Origin: a virus
Taxonomy: Duplodnaviria; Caudoviricetes
IMG/VR virus record: IMGVR_UViG_3300028048_000092
Location: 32,001 to 96,000 of that record
Length of the DNA stretch: 64,000 nt
Strand: one strand, 5' to 3'
Every line of letters begins with the position of its first letter. Position 1 is the first letter of the stretch. The position numbers and the translations under genes are program-made. The notes below the pieces were generated by a model, which ran no database searches, had not been told where the DNA came from, and saw only the letters and a program-made list of their open reading frames with translations. This document shows positions 54,344 to 64,000 of this stretch, one piece after another.

Positions 54344-55567
54344 ATGCTTACATATAAAAAAGTGCTGAAAAAGAAGGCTTATGGCTAGCAGGCAGCTGCT
54401 TATGAAGCACGTAAAAGGCAGTTCCCTTATATGGATGCCCTTCCATCAGGCAGCTTATTTAAATCTACACCAAGAGAATAGAATCTTGATTATATTGCAC
54501 ACAGCCTCGCCAGCGCACAAGCGGAACATTATCCTGGCATATGGAAGGGTTTGAAGCACGATTATGCCTTCGCTACTTCTCCTTACCATGATATGAAACC
54601 TACTCCACGCTCTTTTAATTCTCTTTATAGAGAAGCATACGGAGATTTTGGTCCTTAGTGGTTAAAAAGATTTCAGTAGAGGGTAAAGAATAACAAACAA
54701 AGAGCCTCTCAAATATATACACCTGAGTCCGTAGAAGCTTTTTCTAAGTACTTTAATCCTAATAATCTTGTAGATACGTATCCCGCATGGGGACCTACAC
54801 AAGCTTCTTATCATAGATACTCCGATATGTTGATGCTGCCAGATAAGAACTTTAGAAATTACTGGCATTATGACGAGCAAGCAATGGGTCCGAATAAGCA
54901 AGGCCAGCCACAAAAAGGTTATGTCTCCGATATTACTTATACAGGTAACGACCCAGGTACTGTAAATCCATTTTTAAAACAAATCTATAGAAACAGGCCT
55001 GAGGCAGCTTAGAATATAAAGCAAATGAAAGCGCATGAAACGAACCATGCCTTAGCTGCAGGTACACATCCTTCTAATAAAGTAAGATTGAATCTTAAAC
55101 AGGATTATCAATATCAGCTTCCGGGAATAGATCCTTATGCTACTAATACAGCAGAGATAAATCAGGCAGCTATGTCTGCAAATCAAGGAAGGAACTATAT
55201 GAAATGGAAGCTTAAGAAGGAAGGACCTCAGGCATACCCTCGAATGGACTTCCTTACTTATAACAAGCTTATGATAACTCCTTCTTATTTTGATAAAAAT
55301 CAGTTAAGGGATTTTCATGGAACTTTAAAGGGCAATCAGCAACTTTTTAAAGATCTTCCTATGGAAGCGAAAAGATTCTATAAAAATTATAATAATGTAC
55401 AGGAAGGTGCGGCTTGGTAGGCAAATAAGCCAGAGAATATAATAAAAGACAGTCTTAGTTCTCTGGGAGGAGGCTGGTACAGGAATAATATATAGCCGAA
55501 AACCGATTTCTTTCACAGGCCATATCGCTATGCTTTGAATCAGTTCTAGAAACACAGCTTACTCTGA
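54344..55567 (+). CDS. putative virion-packaged zincin metallopeptidase (TAG=Glu)
   Basis: MLTYKKVLKKKA N-terminus; AHETNH (HExxH) plus downstream AEINQA. Confidence 0.7.
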
Positions 55568-55571
55568 GTAT

Positions 55572-55599
55572 AAAGCCCTCCCTTCCCAGAGGGCTTTTT
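55572..55599 (+). terminator. intrinsic terminator
   Basis: AAAGCCCTC/GAGGGCTTT plus T tract. Confidence 0.7.
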
Positions 55600-55686
55600 C
55601 TTTATATCCTTCCTTACTGACAGTAGACTATTTCTGACGCACTCCTCTAATAGAAAATAAGGGACCTACATAAGGAAGGATTTTTC

Positions 55687-58600
55687 ATGCCCACTATGTC
55701 TCCTAATAAGGTTGTATAGAAGAATGCCCAGGACTGGGTACGCGATTTAAGATTCTCCAATCAAGTCAATATGCAGACTATGGGAGTGGACACCGACCGT
55801 GTAACTCCATAGCTCCTTTTAGCTTCCAGCAATAAACTTCTCGGTATCTCCAGAGGAACTACTTAGGGAGACATGAAGGACTCCCTTCAGTTCCAGCGCT
55901 TTTACGGACCTGTAGAGTACTTTGCTGAAAGGATCCAGAAAGATGGCGGCAGCGTAGCCAGAAGTATGCTCTGGAAAGCAACTAACAGAGGCAACTTGGA
56001 CTTTATCGGTTCAGGTTCTCTGCAGCCGCATGTAAATGCAGTGTTCCATGAAAGTAATCTTTCCCAGTTCGTAGACAATACAACTCCTTTGGATGGGATA
56101 GACAACTCCCAGAAAGTAACCCGCATAGGCGAGGGCGGACTCAGCGATGAAGATTCCGCGCCTATCGAGATGCGTCTTGTGCAGCCCTCTTATTATGGTT
56201 ATGTAGATCCGGTAAGGTGCTACGATGATAAAACAGAGATCTATACTAAAAAGGGCTGGAAATCAGTAACCGAAATGTCCCTGGAAGATGAGTTTGCTGT
56301 ACTTATTGATGGTAAACCTGCATGGAGCAAACCCATCTCTCTTCAGAACTTCGATCATGACGGTCTGATGTACTGCTTTGAGAATTGCTATATCAACTTC
56401 TCTGTAACTCAGGGTCACCGTATGTATGTCTCTAAGGAAAAAGGCGGTGAGTATGGTATAGAATTTATTGATAGTCTCTTTGGAAACTCCAAGTATGTGC
56501 TTTGCGGTGCTAAGAAAGCCTCTGTTGTAGATGAAAAACAGAAATGGTTCTATCTGCCCAAAGTTGATCAGGTGGGAACTGTAAAGAACATAGACAAGCT
56601 GGATATAGTTGATTTTGCAAGATTCATGGGCTGGTATCTCAGTGAAGGTTCCTGTGATCTTTCCCACTCCGGTTCAGGCTCCATTGATTACAGAGTCCGT
56701 ATCACCCAGTCCCCTGTTCTTCATCCGTAGAACTACGAGGAAATAAGAGACCTTGTAGAGAAGCTTCCTTTCGGCGCCCATCCGAAGCATTACTGGGAAG
56801 CCAACAGCTCCGATATAACCATCAAGAGAAAGCAGCTCTATTACTATCTGGAACAGTTCGGAGGTTCTCTTGACAAGTTTATTCCTGATTGGATCTTTAC
56901 AGCTCCCACAGAAGCCAGATGGGCCTTTGTAGATGCTATTTTAAAAGGCGACGGCAGCAACCAGAGAGATCTTAATACTATTTCCAAGAGACTTGCAGAG
57001 GATTTTGCCAGACTTATGTTCGAGTTGGGGCAATCTGTAAGAATAATCTCTTCCCAGCAGACTTATATCGGAGTCAATGGAAAGCAGGCAGGTCTTATTT
57101 ATCAGATTACCTGGCACAAGCGCTATGAACATAAGCTGGAAGCCAGAAAGAGAAAAGACCGCAACAGCGGCAAAGGTTACTACACAGAATACTATAGAGG
57201 CAAGGTCTATTGCCCGACAGTCCCTGGCGGCCTTGTATATGTAAGAAGAAAGAACTCCAAAGGTTTCTGGTGCGGGAACACCGCGTAGAAGAGCCCCGGT
57301 ATTACAGGTTACCTTACCAAGAATGTAATGAAAGGTACCGATGGCAAACTTTATCAGAAGTTCATCAATATGCACACAGGGCAGACCTAGATGCTGGATG
57401 CCCAGACAGCCGCCAAGAAGATCATCACCACCAATGAGTATCTGGACTCTAAGGATGATTATGTCTATGCAATTGGAGGACCGAGAGGTCTGAGAGTGGT
57501 AAAGCGCAGCGACGTTGATTATATCCTGCCGAATGCGGATGATGCTTTCTCTGCAAACGCTAATGCGGTTCCCATGCTGTCAGGTATCAAAGCTATGCGG
57601 CTTCTCATGGGATGCCACCATCCGGAAACTCCTATAGCTGTTATCGACAAGCATGGTTATACCCATATAGTCCCTGCCAAGAGAGTGGGGCACATGGGAC
57701 CTGTATATGTCTTCGGCTGCGATGAAAAGGGTATCGATCAGGTATATCCTGTAAGAAAAGTCGTTACCAGAGTGCCTGCCAAGAAGAGCAAGTTCAAGAA
57801 AGTCATTCTTGGTTCCGGCAGAGTGCTGCTAACTTCTGCTGAACATAAATGGTGGACTTATCAGGAAGGCTTCAAGCTTCTGCAGGCAAAGGACCTTAAG
57901 GAAGGCATGCTGGTTCCCAGAAGCCTCTTTACTTCTATGCCCGTGAGACTCACTGAAATAATGGGAGTCCCTGTTACAAGAGAGATCTGTGTCTTTATGG
58001 GACGCCTGATAAGAAGCCTTAAAGCCACCAGCTACAGTTATCGAGTCACTTATGTGAAAGACAGAGACAGAGGTATCGACCAGAAAGTAGATATCCTCAC
58101 AGCTTTGGAGCAGCTCGGCATAAAGAATTATAATGTATTCAGTGCCAGAGGGCTTCATGCAGTATCCATAAAGGATCCTGTTTTCCAGGATTGGGTGGAT
58201 CAGAATATAGGTGAGCTCCCAGAAGACAGACGCATTCCAAGCGCCATTCTTTCTCTGCCGGAAGGATATACCAGTATCTTCCTGGATTCTTATTATAAAG
58301 ATCTTGAAACTGTTGGTGAAGATGATCAGGGAGATACCTGGCTTCTCAGCATCGCCAATCCTGCCTTGAGAGACTCTCTGAGTTTTATGCTCAATAAGAT
58401 CTATACAGACACAAAATATAGAGACGTTACCAAGAAGGATTATATCCACAGGGCCCTGCAGCTGTTCCCTGCAAGCACTTCGCTGGGAGATATCGTATTG
58501 GAGAAGATAACTAAGATCCTTGATGTCCAGGCTCCTCCGGTAATGATCGATATAGACTGCGACGATCATGTATATGCTGCTGCCAATGGTATTATTACAC

Positions 58601-61600
58601 ATAACAGTAAGTATGTAAGTCAGGCAGTTCCTTTACAGTAGCGGGAAGCTCCCCTTGTGAGAAATCTGGATGCTGCCACAGGTATGGATATGGATACCAA
58701 GCTGGGCAAGCTTCTTGGTACACAGTGGGCTCCGAAGGCCGGTATGGTAAAGGCTGTTAGAGAAGATCGTATAGATATGCTCTATGATGACGGTACTACA
58801 GGAAGTGTTCCTCTTTATAAGAACTTCCCGGCCAACGCTAAAGGGTGGCTGACCAATTATCCCAAGGTAAAAGCAGGAGATAAAGTTGCTTAGGGGCAGC
58901 TTCTGGCTACATCCAATTATACGGATGATAATGGAGTGCTTGCTATGGGAAGAAACCTCAGGATGGCTTATATGAGCTATCATGGAGGTACCTATGAAGA
59001 TGCTACTACTATTTCCGAGTCTGCTGCCAAGAAGCTTGGTTATACTACCATGTACAAGACAGACATGGATAAGGATAAGAATATAAGAACCGCCAAGCAT
59101 CTTTATACTACATGGAAGCCCGGACAGTACTCAAAAGAGCAGCTCTAGAATCTGGATGATCAGGGAGTTGTAAAAGTCGGGGCTACTCTGCATAAGGGAG
59201 ATCCTGTGATTCTTGGCATACGCACTACAGAGCCCTCTCCGGGGACACTTGGCAAAAGGATCCTTTCCGATGTTACTTAGGTGTGGTAGCACGCCAACCC
59301 AGGGATAGTTACAGATGTCGTAAACGGAAAGAACGGTATCAAGGTCTTCGCCACAGTAAGCAGTCCTCTCAGAGAAGGAGATAAGCTGACACAGCTCTAT
59401 GGCGGGAAAGCAACTATCGCACAAATTATTCCTGATGAAAAGATGCCCAGAGATGCTAAGGGAAGGCCGTTAGATCTTTTGTTCGATCCTCTAGGAATTG
59501 TAAGTCGCTGTTACGATGTGTAGACGGAATTTCTTACTAGATAGGGATGGAAACTGGGTAAGGATGTAAAGGGTTCCGATGAGCTCCTTAGTTGGGATCT
59601 CAAAGCAGAAGGCTTCTCTTATCTGCCACAATAGTAGTCTTTCTATAAAAAGGAATATAAAGGCACCATGTATAAGGCCTCTAATAAGGAGGTTTAGCTG
59701 CAGGTGACACCTAAACATAGAGTGGCCTATAAATGGCCCGGCTAGGATACAGTCAGATAGGGCTTTATAGAGGATATCTGCGGAAAGAGCTGCTATCTCC
59801 CCAAGAGAGAACTTATTAACGGTAAAGAAGAAACCAGTTGGCAGCTTATCAGAAGTACTGACTGGTCTTAGGTAGATTATGAAGGCACTGTTTATTGTCC
59901 TACAGTAAGTACTGGATATGTTCTTACCAGAAGGAACGGCAAGTAGATAGTAGCACATAACACCAATCCTTCCCAAATGATGTAGGCAGGGCTTGGCAAA
60001 GTTGCTATGAAGACAGGCACTCCTATTGTAGTTCCTGCTTTTATGCCCAAAGGACAGTCCAGGTTAAAGTATGTAAAAGATCTGATGAAGGCGAATAATG
60101 TTCCCTGGAAAGAGGATGTCTATGATCCCGATACTGGAAGGACCATTAAGAATGTCTTCACAGGTGTAATGTATTTCCTTCCCTTAAAGCACATTGCAGA
60201 TACTAAAATGTCTGCAAGAGGAACTGCACAGTACACCGCTTAGCAGGTTCCCATGGGAGGCGGATAGTAGGGCTGCTTCCCAGCGATGCAAAATATTATA
60301 ACCTTGCATGGGGAACAGAGTATTGCACATATTTGTGAGAAGAAGATTCCTGAATATGTGATGTCTTGGGACTAGGAACGTAAAGAATGGCGCTGGAAGC
60401 AGATCACTGACTGGTTCACTTACAGATCTAAAGTATAGAATATCCTCAATATCTTTACAGAGAACTCTCTCAGTACTTATGGTGGTAGGAATAAAGTAAA
60501 GCATACCAACTCTTCTTATCCCACTAAGAACCATAAGATGTATATGGCGGATGGTTCTATAAAGCTTGCAGGAGAGCTTAAAGTAGGGGACTACTTGGCT
60601 GGTATTGGTTGCCAGTATACCGAGGATCAGCTGCAGGCTCTTTATGGTACTCTTATGGGAGACTCCAGTAGAGACTCACAGGGTGGTATCCAGTGTATGC
60701 ATTCTGTAAAGCAGTCTGCTTATATCAATTACAAGAGAGATATCTTTGCGGCTGTTGGTGCCAGTAGAGTAAGTGACCCCAAAGAAGTTAAGGGCGGTGT
60801 AATGGGCAGAGATGGGGTTTGGAAGGAGTATAAGCCTACAGCTGCTATCCGTATGCAGGTTCCTAAGAGCTATTATGTATAGAAAGCCCTTTAGCTTACT
60901 ACAGATAGTGCAGGAAAGAGACATCTCACTGCTCCTGTGTTGGAAGCAATGGGAGAGTTTGGGTTCTGTTTGTGGTTCCTGGATGATGGTAGTATAACCA
61001 ATCAAAGAAAGCCTACACATCACATAGATCAGCCATAGGCTAGAATAGCTACACACAGCTTCTCTGTAGAGGAAGTAGAAGAAGCTGCTAAATGGTTATA
61101 GAAGAATCTACTTCATGTAGAAAATGGTACTCATATAACTATCTATAAAGGAGTATATGATCAGGATCAGCCTTGTTTGAATTTCCATAGGAACGCTAGT
61201 TGGTAGATTGCAAGAATAATTGCTAAGCACATTCCTTGGGAAGTTATTCCTGATTCTAAGACATGGTTGAAGCAGTACTGTAAAGGGGTCCAGGAAAAGA
61301 CTCCCTGTGTAAAACACAACTTTAGGAGTCCTCTTGGTATAGTGCCATTGAAGATCAAAGAGATCAAGCCCTATAAGCACGACAAGCCAAATGTGACTGA
61401 AGTCAATGTCTATGATTTTACTGTGGAAGACACTCATAATTATACACTTACAGGCGGTGTAAGAGTGTCTAATTCGAAGCGCATTGGCAATTTAGAGGTC
61501 AGTGGTCTTGCAGGCCACAACGCTTTCAACTTCCTCCACGATGCCAAGCTTATAAGAGGACAGGCCAACAGTGACTTCTGGCGCTCCATAAGAACAGGCC

Positions 61601-64000
61601 AGATCCCTACAGTCCCCGGAGAACCTCTTGCCCATAAGAAGTTCTTTGCACACCTTCAAGGCTCCGGTATGCAGATAAAGAGAGACAATTAGGGCTTCAC
61701 CATCTTTGCTCTCTCCAATAAGGATGTAAATGAACTCGCAGGCTCCAGGTAGCTTAAATCCACAGATACTTACTAGCAGAAGAACTTCCGCCCCATAGCA
61801 GGGGGACTTTTCGGCTAGGACATCTTCGGTCCTTAGGGAGATAAATGGGCTTACATACAGCTCGACAGTCCTCTGCCGAACCCTGTGATGGAGGAGCCTC
61901 TTGCAAGACTTCTCGGAGTCTCCGATACTTAGTTCTAGCAGATAGTCCGTGGAAAAGGCACTCAGAAGGGACTTCGCAATGCTTCCGATATGAAGAAGGT
62001 TCTCTCCAAGATGGACCTCTAGAGGGAAGCTACCCGTGCCCTCATGGACTTTAAGACCAGTACCAAGTCCCGTAAAGACAAGGCTCTGAAGAAGTATGTA
62101 GCTATAGCAAGGATGAGAGACGCCGGGGTACGCCCATAGGAGTACATGCTCGACAGGATCCCGGTGCTTCCTCCAAAGTTCCGCCCGATAACCTCCCATG
62201 GAGGTCTTACCATGGTGGCTGACAGCAACTATCTCTATTCCCAGCTTCTTAATGCAAGGGACGATTTGAGGGCTGCAAAGGATCTCCCTTAGGAGTACCA
62301 GGAAGAAGGGCAGTCAAATCTCTACCAGAAGTGGAAAGAGCTGGTAGGGCTGTACGATCCAAGCGATGTGAAGTTGAAGGCCAAGAATGTAAAGGGGCTG
62401 CTGAAGTGGGCGCTTGGGAAGAGTCCCAAGTATAGCGGATTTATGCAAAAGGTCCTTGGGAGCACAGTGGATACGGTTGGAAGGGGAGTAGTTATTCCCA
62501 GTACCAAGATAAAGTTGAATGAGATCGGGATGCCTGTATAGATGGCATGGCATTTATATTCGCCATTTGTAGTAAGGAAGCTGGTACAGCAGGGATACAC
62601 TCCAGTGGATGCTATGAAGCAGGTCAAAGAGAAGCGCCCAGTGGCGGAGGAAGCTCTTTCTGAGGCTATTAAGGAAAGACCTGTGGTTATGAACAGAGCG
62701 CCATCTCTGCACAAGCTGTCTCTTATGGGGTTCAATGTGAAGCTCACTAACGGGCACGCTCTGAAGGTAAATCCTTCAATAGTAAGTCCTTACGGAATGG
62801 ACTTCGACGGGGATAGCATTAAATCGTTGATTTCCATAGACTTACGACGTGAAAATCTGCCAAATATAGCAAAATGGCAAAACAATGTCGATTAGAATTC
62901 GGACTTGACAAATAAAAAAGATGGATATAGATTGTTTATGAAAGAGGAAAAAGGTACCTCGAGTAATAACAAGTAGAGAAAGGAACAATCTATGTTCAGC
63001 AAAAACACCAAAATGGAACTTGTACAGACTGTAATGGAACTCTCTGAGCTCCCTGTTGTAGAAGGGTCTGAAGTCAAGAAATCTGAAACAGTAACTGAGT
63101 GGGATGTAAAGGAAGGGACCTATACTAGTACCATTGATCCGGTCACTGGAGACATCGTCTATGCACCTATTACTAAGGTCTCCAAGCATGAAAATTTGAA
63201 GATGTTTGATATCAAGCTCGCTATCAGCTCCTCCTATGACCACATGGTCACAGCCTCTGAAGACCACAGCCTGATTACCCTTAATCCTATGACACTGGAG
63301 CTGGAGAAGACTCGCCCGGAAGACTCTAAAGGGCGCTGCGTTCCTATGACCAGACATAACAAGGGCAACTCTGCTAGAGAAAATGGACAAGGCATTTGCA
63401 CTGAGCTGCACTTTCCCTCCGGTACTTATCAAATGTCCTACGAAATGGGACTTTTCCTAGGTCTTATGGTAGGAGATGGATGGGTATCCCGTCTCGAAAC
63501 CTCTCCCATAATTCAAGTTGCTTGCTGCGAACCTTCTTTGCAAGAAAGAATAAAAGAGCTGTCCAAGAGTGCTAATATGCCCTTTACCAAGGAAGCTTCC
63601 TTCGGTAGCTATGAAGCAGATGAACAGAGATTCTCCAAGGATAATATGCAGCGACTTACCTTCTTTATGGATCAAGACGACAAGCGCTATATAAATGATC
63701 TCATTGGACACGGTGCTGAGAATAAGAGAATCCCGTATCCCAGTTTTATGTCCAGCAGGACACACATGCTAGGCGTGCTCATGGGATTACTGGCCACAGA
63801 CGGTGTAGTTTCTCACAGGCCTCCAACTAAGGGTAAAAAATCTCCCTGCAAGAGTATTGCCTATCATACTGTCAGTCCTGTTCTTAGAGATGGGGTACAG
63901 GAACTTGCTCATAGACTCGGAGTAAAAACTTCTGTCACTAATTATATAGGTACAACATCTGGTAATTTGACCTATATGGTTAACTTCTGTCTTGAGGATA
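55687..64000 (+). CDS. rpoBC: fused RNA polymerase beta(C-terminal)-beta' polyprotein with five inteins; runs off the window (TAG=Glu)
   Basis: One frame; GEGGLS, YYGYVDPVR|TAE, RLLMG|SKYVSQAVPL, TYEDA..ISES, GDKL, DPLGIVSR|TNPSQ, G|SKRIGNLEV, GGLFG.DIFGP, IPVLPPKFRP, NRAPSLHK, MDFDGD. Confidence 0.92.
56218..57279 (+). mobile_element. intein 1 with LAGLIDADG endonuclease
   Basis: CYDDKTEIYT...VTQGH...FMGWYLSEG...AILKGDG...WCGN|T. Confidence 0.9.
57613..58605 (+). mobile_element. intein 2 (degenerate endonuclease)
   Basis: CHHPETPI...TSAEHKW...NGIITHN|S. Confidence 0.9.
59509..59961 (+). mobile_element. intein 3 (mini-intein, no endonuclease)
   Basis: CYDV.TEFLT..GWK...VTPKH...VYCPTV...VAHN|T; 151 aa. 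Confidence 0.9.
60274..61473 (+). mobile_element. intein 4 with LAGLIDADG-type endonuclease
   Basis: CFPAMQNIIT...PTKNH...GTLMGDS...WFLDDGS...VYDFTVEDTHNY...VSN|S. Confidence 0.9.
62815..64000 (+). mobile_element. intein 5 immediately after the catalytic DFDGD (partial)
   Basis: Ser start, VTASEDHSL block B, LGLMVGDG and LMGLLATDG LAGLIDADG motifs. Confidence 0.85.
62905..62933 (+). promoter_or_regulatory. sigma70-type promoter inside intein 5
   Basis: TTGACA-17 nt-TAGATT, then AAGGA RBS and in-frame ATG at 62992. Confidence 0.7.

Noticed and set aside
12282-62976. Standard phage code 15 (TAG=Gln)
   Set aside because: Nearly every informative paralog and catalytic position aligns TAG with Glu (GAA/GAG; HExxH, LEIGS, DVEG, TPE). 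The few Gln matches are in variable repeat positions where Glu also occurs.
12282-62976. Mass pseudogenisation or G>T damage/sequencing artefact
   Set aside because: Only TAG interrupts frames: no GAA>TAA or GGA>TGA breaks and no frameshifts. TAG sits opposite GAA in paralogs, and the early block is unaffected.
57829-63432. Long minus-strand ORFs (57829, 59491, 61492, 62842)
   Set aside because: Antisense to the RNAP/intein frame
1-64000. Suppressor tRNA(CUA), CRISPR array or DGR
   Set aside because: No cloverleaf with CTA anticodon, no regularly spaced repeats and no reverse transcriptase or TR/VR pair found by eye. A suppressor may lie outside the window.

Overview
A 64-kb segment of a large (jumbo-type) tailed dsDNA phage with two coding regimes. 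Bases 1-12.2 kb hold about 30 small, tightly packed, probably early + strand genes: paralog arrays, a patatin, a sigma-70 factor, a HAD phosphatase and an IleRS C-terminal fragment. They end only in TAA/TGA and have no in-frame TAG. From about 12.3 kb onward the ORF track fragments because TAG is a sense codon. Paralog alignments inside the window and catalytic motifs (HExxH, LEIGS, DVEGGE, RpoB TPE, RpoC GLFxExIFGP) indicate TAG = glutamate, not the glutamine of phage code 15. Read this way, the fragments join into full genes: an Aah/TibC-type O-heptosyltransferase, a 1388-aa Cys-rich protein, tail fibre/LamG proteins rich in Ser-Asp-Ser, a glycosyl/methyltransferase cluster, putative portal and head-internal proteins with a shared N-terminal motif, and a split beta plus fused beta-beta' RNA polymerase with five inteins. 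The last intein carries an internal promoter and a TAG-free endonuclease ORF. Non-coding elements include an 82-nt mini-tmRNA (tRNA-like domain only), a ~0.8-kb hairpin-dense region and a ~165-nt multibranch RNA. No suppressor tRNA(CUA) is visible in this window. All translations, counts and family assignments were made by eye, with no database searches.
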